Shown here: in pieces, positions 42,601-51,400 of the stretch
How positions within the stretch are numbered: the stretch's first letter is position 1
Layout: every line of letters starts with the position of its first letter
DNA from: Candidatus Delongbacteria bacterium
GTDB lineage: Bacteria; CAIWAD01
DNA: 64,000 nt
Assembly (NCBI GenBank): GCA_963663545.1
Contig: OY760505.1
Span: 2,144,001 to 2,208,000 of the forward strand
Direction of reading: 5' to 3'
Made by a program: the position numbers and the translations under genes
Notes under the pieces: generated by a model
The model's database searches: none
Seen by the model: the letters and a program-made list of their open reading frames with translations, nothing else
What the model was told of the DNA's origin: nothing

Positions 42601-44204
42601 CCGACGGCGGAGGCGTCTACACTTTCCATGATCTGGTGGATCACATCTTTGTTGTCGAGTGGCACGAGATGAGCTTCAACGGTGGAAGTTCAAACCGTAA
42701 CACATTCCAGGTGCTGCTGCATGATCCTGCGTATCACGAAACTCAGAGCGGCGATGGCGATATCGTGATGCAGTGGAACACCTGGAACAACGAGCAGGAG
42801 AACTCCACCGACTTCCCTTACTGCAGTGTCGGCATCGAAAGCCCGGATAATCAGAGCGGATTCAACCTGAGCAACTACAACATCAACGGAGAGAGCGTCT
42901 TTGACATGTACGCCGCCAAGGCCGTCTGCTTCAGCACGGACAGGGGTGAGCGTCTGGTTAACGAGACCATGCCGCCCATTCTACATTTCCTTCCGCCACA
43001 GCTGGTTCAGTGCGACTACCCGATTCTCTTCCACTGTTTTGCCTTTGATCCTTCGGGTGTGGACGAGGTCATTCTGCACGTTCTGGAAGATGGCGGTGAT
43101 ACAGCTAGTCCGATGAGCTGGAGCGCGGAGTATCAGAGGTACGAGGTAACGTTACCTGCGCGTGCAGTCGGGGATGAGTTTGCCGTCTTTGTTGCCGCCA
43201 GTGATCAGGCGACAACGCCCAACTGGGCGATCTCCGACACCACTCAGGTTGTTGTCCACCTGGGGAATCCGGTTTCGGGACCCGATGGCTACGGCCATGC
43301 GGCCCGTGAGGAGGCGGACATCGGCAGTGTGGCTTACAGCTGGGTTGACGTTGCCACACCCGAAAACCGTCTGGACTTCAGCAACGTCTATTACAGGTAT
43401 ATGCCGACGGATCCTCTACGATTGGTCTGGTTCGGCGAGGAGTTCGATTTTCTCACCATTAGCAACTTCGGCGTTTTCAACTTCGGTCAGGAGCCTACCT
43501 ACTGGATGGACCTTTCGCCCATGGCCGACAACAATGGAACCCCAAACCAGGTCAACATTCTGGCGGGGTGGTTTACCTGGTTCGAGGATGTGGATATCTA
43601 CTGCGACATCGACGAGGAGGAAGACCGGGTGGTGATCAGCTTCCATGGCCTGGAGGGCGTTTCGGAAGAGGGGGAGTACTACGACGCGACCTTCCAGGCG
43701 GTCGTTTACGATGCGGATCGCTATCCAACGACCAACGGTGATTCGGCCATTCTCTTTCAGTACCAGCACGTGCGCGACCTTACCTGGTCCTCCGTTGGCT
43801 TCCAGAACGAGAGCATGAGCGATGGACTCAATCTGTGTTACAACGGGGAGCTCATCGATAATTTGAGTGAGTTGGATGACGGCACAGCCATTCTGATCAG
43901 CTCGGGTTGGGTAGTAGATGTTCCGCCATCGCTACAAGCACTGACTTTTCGGATTGAGGGCGTGTGGCCCAATCCCTTCAATCCCACAGCGCGCGTCAGC
44001 TTCCAATTGCCCGATGCGGGACCGGTGAAGCTGTCCTTGTACAACCTGTTGGGGCAGGAAGTAACCCAGCTGATCAATGCTCAGATGCCTGCGGGTAGCC
44101 ACAACGTCATGCTCGATGGCGAGGGTCTGGCCAGCGGAATCTATCTGCTGCGTCTCTCCTGCGGAGACAGGCAGGAGGTGCGGCGGGTGACGCTCTTGCG
44201 TTGA
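39630..44204 (+). CDS. C25 (gingipain-like) family protein, paralogue 3, with T9SS/FlgD-type CTD
   Basis: Collinear with paralogue 2 along its whole length. Start MWKAVV after GGAGGAG. Confidence 0.88.
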   Translation: MWKAVVLGLLLTGAARAIAAVATESESHISVQVHFGAVELVDVSLAGRQWQELRCDTPSLPGTAGAPSLPWITRLIELPPTGRFSCNYSLSGTEILRAPALIPEQERVSDERSSGPLPFVLDESAYTGSTLWSQQDVILGEPVIVRNRRMAKLTWYPCRWNPENGELLVSHELDLVIQPESGAGTNELRFELPRHNGPLEHLANALLDVPLAHEDGTLSSIFDRPALPGTYLIIGHSGALTNSLMQQFIEWKRSRGHVVHVYDEEQIGTLNADNIYSAIRNSYYNDEYPPDFVMLIGDPDGDADFHLPARDTQYDGEQDHGYSRLEGDDILGDVAVGRISVSNQAQLASVLTKIMLYEKTPLAAGEDWLARAALSTGYDAVSMVHLCRSIAQRFRDAGYMRVDTLWYHSSASWVNARFNEGISQYCYRGWIDMNGVTTSFVNNDANFTNSGRCPVACIFTCSTGDFNGNLSTTEAFLRKGTIDNPRGAVAAMGFATSATHTAYNNAVVAGYYSGIHDLQLPIGPAVFRGKYNLWATLPEGDINAIAFSNRANLMGDPGLEDWNGPPQALTLSCAEGSEIPFGQALLTFRVADENGDPLEGVTVCAYQAGHLQERALTNAAGVSRLSLVGAVPGEILVTASARNFFPEQMLLPLGEASSMLVLVGAAPDALIPGVPNTVSPQLRNGGSTELNAISLQFNTEGNSFFLSDSLSSLVGLAPGEELAGDPITLVPVATLVDGGVLQIPVTLGANGFERADGLGLSVVAPVLDLVEARFNDAEVLDPAMDIELKLRYTNTGHLDAEGLRFELSSTDPMLSVVSQPEGAVSLGVGQSADIHATISLSAAAFDGCVLELQCHWSCSNGPAGDLEHRFAVGTPTTLAPGGPDAYGYYLYEDLDNNTKSPIFDWREIAEIGTQLPISDLVDQDDEALRIELPFDFVYYGQSYSSVVVCTNGFIAFGTGAEFDPHYRNHRLPSATGPHGMVAPFWDDLLTADGGGVYTFHDLVDHIFVVEWHEMSFNGGSSNRNTFQVLLHDPAYHETQSGDGDIVMQWNTWNNEQENSTDFPYCSVGIESPDNQSGFNLSNYNINGESVFDMYAAKAVCFSTDRGERLVNETMPPILHFLPPQLVQCDYPILFHCFAFDPSGVDEVILHVLEDGGDTASPMSWSAEYQRYEVTLPARAVGDEFAVFVAASDQATTPNWAISDTTQVVVHLGNPVSGPDGYGHAAREEADIGSVAYSWVDVATPENRLDFSNVYYRYMPTDPLRLVWFGEEFDFLTISNFGVFNFGQEPTYWMDLSPMADNNGTPNQVNILAGWFTWFEDVDIYCDIDEEEDRVVISFHGLEGVSEEGEYYDATFQAVVYDADRYPTTNGDSAILFQYQHVRDLTWSSVGFQNESMSDGLNLCYNGELIDNLSELDDGTAILISSGWVVDVPPSLQALTFRIEGVWPNPFNPTARVSFQLPDAGPVKLSLYNLLGQEVTQLINAQMPAGSHNVMLDGEGLASGIYLLRLSCGDRQEVRRVTLLR

Positions 44205-44217
44205 CACTATGAACATC

Positions 44218-44245
44218 AAAGAGCCGGCGCAAGTCGGCTCTTTTT
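44218..44245 (+). terminator. Intrinsic terminator after the C25 cluster
   Basis: AAAGAGCCGGC-GCAA-GTCGGCTCTTTTT. Confidence 0.8.
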
Positions 44246-44322
44246 CATTTGAGGGCACTTTTCGAGAAACCTCCCCCTCGGCCTTCCGGTTTAGCTCTTT
44301 TTGCCATAAACGGAGGTTTCCC

Positions 44323-45318
44323 ATGAAACAGGCTACTGCACTTCGGCGGACGAGCGTCTGCCTGCTTGCCGCACTGCTACTGATTCCCGCGCTGGCCTTG
44401 GCGAAGGGCGCGCTCATCGGCATCTATCCCAAGGATTTGTCTGACGCAATGCGCACGGCGCTCGATTACGAAGAGCCCGGCATTCTGATTGTAGAGTTGG
44501 TTGAGGATGGTGGCGCAATGGCGGCCGGTGTTGAGGTTGGCGATATCCTTCAGAAAGTGGATGACACTCCGATTCACTCCGTTGAGCGGCTGACGACACT
44601 GATGAAGCGCCAGCAGCCGGGCACGGAGGTCGATTTGCTGGTCGTCCGCAAGGGCAAGGAGAAGCACATCAAGGTGACGCTGACGGAGCGCAAGACCAAG
44701 TCGAGTAGCTGGACGCTGCCTGAGGGAATGTCCTTCACGCAGGAAAATCGCCCCTACATCGGCATCTATCTGGAAGAGGTGACCGATGAGCTGGCCAAAT
44801 TCTTTGGACACAAGGACGGCTACGGCATTCTCATCTCAGGCATTGCCGAGAATTCACCCGCAGAGTCAGCCAAGTTGGAGGTGGGGGATCTGCTGGTTGG
44901 CATCGACGAGGAGGACGTCCACAGTGTCAAGGATCTGCACAAATACCTGGGCAAGAAAGAGGTTGGTGACGAAGTTACGCTGCACGTGATTCGCGAGAAG
45001 AAAGAGCGCACGATCAAGCTCACCTTGGGCGAGCGCAACAAGGGTGAAGACCACGGTGCCATGATCATTCGTATCGAAGACGAGGACGGAATTCACACCA
45101 TTAACACCGAAACGAACTTTGACTTTGAGGAAGCCGGTTGGAACTTCTTCGACAACGGCTGGCAGGTGTTTGATCGCCTGGAAGGTCTGGAAGGACTTGA
45201 GTGCCTTGAAGAACTGGAAGACCTGAACATTGAGACCGATGGCGATAGCCGCATCATTATTCGCGATGATGAAGACACGATCGAGATCCTGCGCGGTTCA
45301 TCGAACGATATCTATTGA
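44323..45318 (+). CDS. Secreted tandem-PDZ protein (HtrA-type PDZs, no protease domain) with acidic tail
   Basis: Signal peptide, two PDZ domains (LIGIY...GDIL and YIGIY...SPAE...GDLL), and no trypsin triad motifs. Confidence 0.8.
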   Translation: MKQATALRRTSVCLLAALLLIPALALAKGALIGIYPKDLSDAMRTALDYEEPGILIVELVEDGGAMAAGVEVGDILQKVDDTPIHSVERLTTLMKRQQPGTEVDLLVVRKGKEKHIKVTLTERKTKSSSWTLPEGMSFTQENRPYIGIYLEEVTDELAKFFGHKDGYGILISGIAENSPAESAKLEVGDLLVGIDEEDVHSVKDLHKYLGKKEVGDEVTLHVIREKKERTIKLTLGERNKGEDHGAMIIRIEDEDGIHTINTETNFDFEEAGWNFFDNGWQVFDRLEGLEGLECLEELEDLNIETDGDSRIIIRDDEDTIEILRGSSNDIY

Positions 45319-45350
45319 AGTAGACGGAAGAGTCTCTGGAAGGGCCCCGC

Positions 45351-46211
45351 TCAGGCGGGGTTTTTCTTTACCCGTGTTGCGATCCCGCGGCGTCTAAGCG
45401 TAGCCAGCAGCCAGCACAGACCGAAGCCAGCGGTAGCCACTAGCACAATGCTCGGGCCGCTGGCGATTCCCGCGTAATACGAAAGATAGAGGCCGCAGAT
45501 GCTGGAAACGGCCGCCAGCACCCCCGAAAGCAACATCATCGTTGGCAGGCGCGAACACAACAGCCAGGCACCAGCCGCAGGTGTTACAAGCATGGCTACC
45601 ATCAGCGCAATGCCCACCGTTTGCAACGATACCATGATGGTCAAGGCGATCAGTGCCAGCAGCAGTGTATCCAGCAGTCGCCAGGGCAGGCGCACCGTAC
45701 GTGCGTAGACGGGGTCAAAGGAGAGCAGCAGGAATTCCTTGTAGAAGAGGAAGACCAGCGCGATTACCAGCAGGCTGAAAAGCACGATTAGCAGGAGGTC
45801 GCTGCCGCCCACGCTGAGCACATCGCCAAAAAGGAAATGCGTCAGATCCAGACTATAGTCGCGCACTGTGGAAATGAGCGCGATGCCCAGAGCGAACATG
45901 GCGGCGAAGGTCACACCAATGGCCGTGTCCTGTTTGATGCGCGTACGCCGACTGAGGGTGCCAATGCCGAAAGCGCTGAGCAGCGCGGCGGCCATACCCC
46001 ACCAGAAGAGCGGTCGCCGGTCGCCGTGTCCCAGCAGATAGCCGATGGCAACGCCGGGCAGGATGGCATGAGCAAGGGCGTCTCCGTAGAAGGCCATGCC
46101 GCGTAACACGACGAAACAACCAATAATAGCGCAGGTTAAGCCAACGGTCAGGGCCGCAGCAAGTCCACGCAGCATGAAGCCGTATTGCAAAGGTTCCAGA
46201 AGCCAATGCAT
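45351..46211 (-). CDS. Zn/Mn ABC transporter permease (ZnuB/MntB-like)
   Basis: GDALAHAILPG, LFGDVL and SFDP motifs; multiple TM segments. Confidence 0.92.
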   Translation of the reverse strand: MHWLLEPLQYGFMLRGLAAALTVGLTCAIIGCFVVLRGMAFYGDALAHAILPGVAIGYLLGHGDRRPLFWWGMAAALLSAFGIGTLSRRTRIKQDTAIGVTFAAMFALGIALISTVRDYSLDLTHFLFGDVLSVGGSDLLLIVLFSLLVIALVFLFYKEFLLLSFDPVYARTVRLPWRLLDTLLLALIALTIMVSLQTVGIALMVAMLVTPAAGAWLLCSRLPTMMLLSGVLAAVSSICGLYLSYYAGIASGPSIVLVATAGFGLCWLLATLRRRGIATRVKKNPA

Positions 46212-47011
46212 CAATTGCACCTCCCGCTGCAGCCCGAGTCGGTTACGGCACAGCGCTTGTCCAAATGCAAGTGCCGCCCGTAGGCTGTGGTCAAATGGTC
46301 GTGAGTCAGCACTTCAGCAGGAGTACCATCGGCTACCAGTCCGCCCTTGAGCAACAGAATGCGCTGGAAATGGCGGCTGGCTTGACCCAGGTCGTGCAGG
46401 CTCATCAGCACCGTGACACAATCCTGGTGCAGATCCTCGAGCAACTGAAAGATGTCGGATTGCGCCTGACTGTCCAGGCCTGTGAGCGGCTCGTCGAGCA
46501 AGAGCAGGTGCGCCTCCTGTGCTAGTGCTCGTGCGATGAAAACGCGCTGCTGTTGCCCACCAGAAAGCTCACCGATGTGACGGTGTGATACATGGGCAAG
46601 TTGCACTGATTCCAGCGCCTCTAGGGCGAGTTGGCGATCGTGCGCCGTAGGGCGGTGCAGCAGTCCAAGCCTGGGCACACGTCCCATCAGCACCAGATCC
46701 AGGGCGGTTACCGGAAAGTGCCAGTCGATGGTGGATCGCTGCGGTACGTAGCTGATGCAGCGGTGGCCAACGGGCGGACGTCCGAAAACGGCAATTTCAC
46801 CACTACGCTGCTTCAGCAATCCAGCAATCAGGCGCAGTAGTGTTGTCTTGCCTGCGCCATTGGGACCGATAATGCCGACCATTTCACCGTTTTGAATGCG
46901 CAGACTGAACTCGTGTAACACGGTCGTTTCGTCAAAGCTCACGCTGGCATTGCGTATCACAACTGGCTCGGCCTGGTGCTCTGCGTCGCGCCTGAATTGC
47001 AGCAGCTTCAT
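46211..47011 (-). CDS. Zn/Mn ABC transporter ATPase (ZnuC/MntA-like)
   Basis: GPNGAGKT, YVPQR, LSGGQQQR and LLDEP motifs. Confidence 0.93.
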   Translation of the reverse strand: MKLLQFRRDAEHQAEPVVIRNASVSFDETTVLHEFSLRIQNGEMVGIIGPNGAGKTTLLRLIAGLLKQRSGEIAVFGRPPVGHRCISYVPQRSTIDWHFPVTALDLVLMGRVPRLGLLHRPTAHDRQLALEALESVQLAHVSHRHIGELSGGQQQRVFIARALAQEAHLLLLDEPLTGLDSQAQSDIFQLLEDLHQDCVTVLMSLHDLGQASRHFQRILLLKGGLVADGTPAEVLTHDHLTTAYGRHLHLDKRCAVTDSGCSGRCN

Positions 47012-47982
47012 TTAAGCGCCTCGCAGATGGCGTTGACCGCATTGCGCATGAAGCCCAGGTAGTTGTCACCTGTGCTGCCTTTCTTCTCCAACGATCCCAG
47101 TGACAGCGGCACGATCGTGATACCGGTGTCCTCGTGGAGTTGGCGTCCCAGCGCAGGATTTGCCTGGCGACTCAGGAAGACGGCGGGAATGTGCTCCGCG
47201 CGCAACTGCACCTCAAGCGCGGCCAAATCCCGCGCGTTGGGGCTGCTGAGGCTGGAAAACCCCTGTATCATACTTCCCACCTGGGTGAATCCGTAGCGCC
47301 TAGCGAACCAGCCGAAGACCATGTGGTCACCGACCAGCAATCGTCGGGCAGGTGGTATGTGTGATACACGCTCGCGGATCCAGGCATCCAGTGCAAGCAG
47401 GCTGTCGCCCATTGCTGAGGCGCGCGTGCCGATCTCTTCAGCCTTGTCGGGAACGAGCCGCTGCAGCTCTTCGCAGATGCGCGTGTTCCAGTGATGCACG
47501 GCAAGTGGATCCAGCCAGGCGTGAGGGTCGCCGCTGTGGTTGTGATGCATATGCTCGTCGTGATGCACCGTCTCTGTGTGATGACTGTGCTCGTCCTCGT
47601 GCGTGCCAGACTTGTGGTCTTCGCCAAGTTCGGGGACGGCGAGGCCTTCGCTGAGTTCAATACGGCGCTGCTCGACGGGAAGTCCCGATAGGATGGGTTC
47701 CAAAAAGGACTCCAGGCCCAGACCATTCAAGAGAAGCAGGCGGGACTGATGCAGGCGTGCCATCTCACCGGGCGTCGGCTGATAGGCGTGCGGGTCGCTT
47801 TCGCGCGGGAGCAGTACTTGTAGATCAACGTCCGGGCCACCAATGCGGGTTACAAGGTCTCCGATGAAGGTCGTGCTGGCGCTGACTTGCGGCAGTTGCG
47901 AATTCTGTCCGGGACCCCCGCAGGAGAGTAGTGTCAGCGGCAGCAGCAGAAGGAGGGCACGATGAAAACCAAAGTTAGGCAT
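47008..47982 (-). CDS. Zn/Mn ABC substrate-binding lipoprotein (ZnuA/TroA-like) with His-rich loop
   Basis: Lipobox LLSC, DPHAY, NGLGLE, a His-rich insert and DPHAWLDP. Confidence 0.92.
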   Translation of the reverse strand: MPNFGFHRALLLLLPLTLLSCGGPGQNSQLPQVSASTTFIGDLVTRIGGPDVDLQVLLPRESDPHAYQPTPGEMARLHQSRLLLLNGLGLESFLEPILSGLPVEQRRIELSEGLAVPELGEDHKSGTHEDEHSHHTETVHHDEHMHHNHSGDPHAWLDPLAVHHWNTRICEELQRLVPDKAEEIGTRASAMGDSLLALDAWIRERVSHIPPARRLLVGDHMVFGWFARRYGFTQVGSMIQGFSSLSSPNARDLAALEVQLRAEHIPAVFLSRQANPALGRQLHEDTGITIVPLSLGSLEKKGSTGDNYLGFMRNAVNAICEALK

Positions 47983-48066
47983 GGCAAATAATCTATTGAT
48001 TGAGAAATAAAACGAGTGCATATTCAACTCCGTCAAAAAGGTTCCTTGCGGACAAAAGGGGGCGCA

Positions 48067-48423
48067 ATGTCACGCAAGAATAGATTGTACTTGATCGCGT
48101 TGATCCTTGTGATCGGCGGAAGTGATTCCAACCTGTTCTGGCTTTCCGGCGAGGCTGGGCCCGCGGACTGGGTTTCCATTGCTGCAGCAGCGCAGCCAGC
48201 GGTTGCGCAACCTGCGACCGCCTCGGTGGACGGGATGATAGCATTTGGCGAGCGAACAATCGGCTTCGATGCCCAGGATGCTTGCTGTGGCTCTACCTCT
48301 GTATCACAAGGTGGTCTGGTAAGGCTGGACCTCCATCCGTCGCTTGCGGGTACCGCATCCTGCTCATGCTGCACCCCGCTGCAGACGCATGTAGATACCG
48401 GCTGTGCAACCGTACGACTCTAG
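48067..48423 (+). CDS. Small Cys-rich hypothetical exported protein
   Basis: Purine-rich RBS, N-terminal hydrophobic stretch, and CC / CSCC clusters. Confidence 0.45.
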   Translation: MSRKNRLYLIALILVIGGSDSNLFWLSGEAGPADWVSIAAAAQPAVAQPATASVDGMIAFGERTIGFDAQDACCGSTSVSQGGLVRLDLHPSLAGTASCSCCTPLQTHVDTGCATVRL

Positions 48424-48486
48424 GCGAAACCGGCTCCCATCCATTTGGAAAGGAGCCGGGTAGAGAGAGGGAAGAGGTGGGCAATG

Positions 48487-51400
48487 CTACGGTCGGAGCT
48501 GGCCCGTTGCCTGCAGATAGCGAAGGGAGGCCATGCGTAGCTCAATGCGCGCATCGATCAACTCGCTCTGTGCCTTCAGGACTCCGGCGCGAGCCTCCAG
48601 CAACTCCGACATGCTGATTACTCCGTTCTGGTAACTATCCTCACTGACCGATGCGTCTTGCTGCGCCAGCTCCAGGTTGTGATTCATCAACTCCAGCTGG
48701 TCACAGGTTACGCAGTACTCCAGCCAGCACTTGTCCATCTGCACAAGCATCAGCTCGGCCTTGTCGGCCTGATTTGTCTCTGCAATGCGACGATGGCCGC
48801 GCTCTGCTGCGATTTTGTGCGATCCACCCCACCAATCCGTCAGGGGCACGCTAAGGCTAAGGAAGCCGAGTGCGTTGTTCTCAGCCTCCTTGTCGTCCAG
48901 TGTCATACGATAGACGGTTACCCCGATAGCCAGGGTGGGAAGGCATTCGCCCAACGCCAGCGTTTGATTCAGCTCAGCAGCGCGTGAAGCATACGCAAGC
49001 AGCAAGGTTTCGTGTCGTGTTGTCAGTGCAAGTGCGTGATCCACTTTCTGCAGTGTATCACCACCTTGGCTGAAGGAAAGGGGCTGCAGCTCAATGTCTG
49101 TGTCACGCTCCAGGCCAAGGAATTGACAGAAGGCCATCTGCGCCAAATGCCTTCCATTCCGCAACCGGGTTTTATTGACCTGTACGCGCCCGCGCTCCAA
49201 CTGGACTTTCAGCAGATCATTGCGCAACACAAGTCCGCCCTGGTAGGCGTCTGTCACTTGCGCTTCAAGTTCCAGAAGCATCTGTTCGTAAGCATCAAGA
49301 GTAGATAGCTGCTGATCCAGAGCGATGAGCTGACAATAGCGCGCTTCCACATCAACATGCATCTCTTCGTGCTTCAGCGCGAGTTGCTGCTCCCGGACCT
49401 CTACGCCGACTTGTGCCAGACGGTTGCCATTGATTATGCGGCCCCCGGCGAACAGCGGTTGTGTCACCGTGACACTTCCCAGGCTGAGTTCGTCCAGCAT
49501 GCCCAGTTCAACACCGGGGAAGTAGGCATACTGGCTTGCTGAGGCAATGTTGGCCGGATTACCGTCGTAGACAGGAAGGTTGCCGCCCTCCATCTCGATC
49601 TCAATCATCGGATCTTTGGCACGCATGGCAAGGATACTGGCGCTAGCGCTTGGGAAATAGTGTGTGCGGGCTTCGCCGCGTACTTCACGAGCCGCTTTCA
49701 GTTCTTCCTGAGCATTCAAGTACTCGGCATTGTGCTGTAGTGCGAGAGCCTGGCAATCCTGAAGTGTAAGCCGAGTCTGTGCCTGTGCGGGATGTGTCAC
49801 GGACGCTGTCATGAGGAGTAGAAGAAACAGACCGGCGACATGTGATACGTGGGATGAATCCTTTGACCTGCCTGGACCCAGTAGTGAGTAGAGTACAGGC
49901 AGTACTACCAGAGTCAGAAGCATGGTCAGCAGTAGACCGAAACAGACCACCGTGCCCAGTGGCCCCCAAAGGGGCGAGCGACTGACGATCATGGGTATCA
50001 CGCCGACAGCGGCTGCTGAGGCGGTCAGGAAGATGGGACGCATACGACGACGACCGGCTGCCATTGCCGCCTCCTCAAGAGTCATCCCCTGCCGTGTACG
50101 TAGATGTTCAGCGTAATCCATGTAGATGATGCCGTTGCGGATCACCATTCCCACCAGACTGATCACACCGATGAAAGCCGTTAGGCTGAAGGGATAGCCC
50201 ATGCTGATCAGACCGATAACGGCGCCAAAGAGACAGAGGGGTATAATGCTCATTACCAGCATTGCCAGACGAATCGTGGAAAATTGGAAGAGCAGGATGA
50301 AGAAGATGACCGCCACACTGACGGCTAGTGATTTGGCGAGCGGGATGTAGTTGTCTTGTGAGTCCTTGAAATCGCCACCGTAGGACAGGCTGATCCCGGG
50401 GGGCAGTTGCATAGCCGCCAACTGAGGAGCCAGCTCGTGCATCACGCGGTGTGAGCGTCCTTGTTGGGTCAGGTCAGCGGACACCGTGATACAGCGCACT
50501 CCGTTGCGATGCATGATGTGCCCTTCGCTAGCGTCAGGCTGCAGCGTAGTCAGATTGCGAACGCGTGCTGAGCGACTACCCAGCCAGGAGTTGACATAGA
50601 TGTTGAGCAGATCATCGCTATTCTGCACTTCGCTATCCAGCTGCTTCAGCCTAACGCCCACAGGATAGTCGCCTTCCCAGACGGTGGCCAGCGGCAGACC
50701 CTCTGTAGCGGCTGCAACGGTGTAGGCAATCGCCGATTTGCTAATGCCCAGGCGGTTGGCTTCGTCTTCATTCACCACAAGCCTCAGGCCGTGAAGCTGC
50801 ATGCCAAAGTCATCGCGCACCCAACCCACGCCCTCAATGGCGCGCAGGCGAGATTTGATCTCTTCAGCCGTTTGGTGCATCACGGGTAAGTCCTTGCCTG
50901 TGAGACGGACTTCAACGGGAGATTTTGCCACACCGAAGAAGATGCGCCGGAAGCGGCAGGTTGCCTCCGGAATAGGCGACTGATAGCTGTCCGCGTACTC
51001 CTGTACCAGCTCAACAGTCGCATCATCGTCTGCTGTGTTGACAATCAACTGAGCGTAGTTTGAGCCGGGCACTTGCGGTGCGTAGAGCGTGTGGAAGCGA
51101 GGAGAACTGGTGCCGACAAAGGCGGTCACGTGTGTCACACGAGCGTCGGTCAACAACAGGTTCTGCAGGCTGTCGGCGGCCTGGGCCGTGCGATCCAGCG
51201 AGCTGCCGTTGGCCAGGTAGATTTCCACTGCGAACTGGTTGCGGTCCATTTTGGGGCCGAACTGATTATCCAAGCCAGAGCCCAGTATTAGCGTCAGTAC
51301 CAACATGCCCAGCGCGAAGAGTACCACCACGGCCTTGTGGCGAAAGGCCTGCCCGAGCAAGCGATCATAGAGGATCTGCATGTGATCCAGCATGCTTGGA

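Noticed and set aside
34940..44204. Diversity-generating retroelement (template/variable repeat) explanation for the paralogue similarity
   Set aside because: No reverse transcriptase is present, the similarity spans whole genes, and the differences are not adenine-specific.
44323..45318. DegP/HtrA protease
   Set aside because: Only PDZ domains are present; the trypsin catalytic motifs (TNxHV, GNSGG) are absent.
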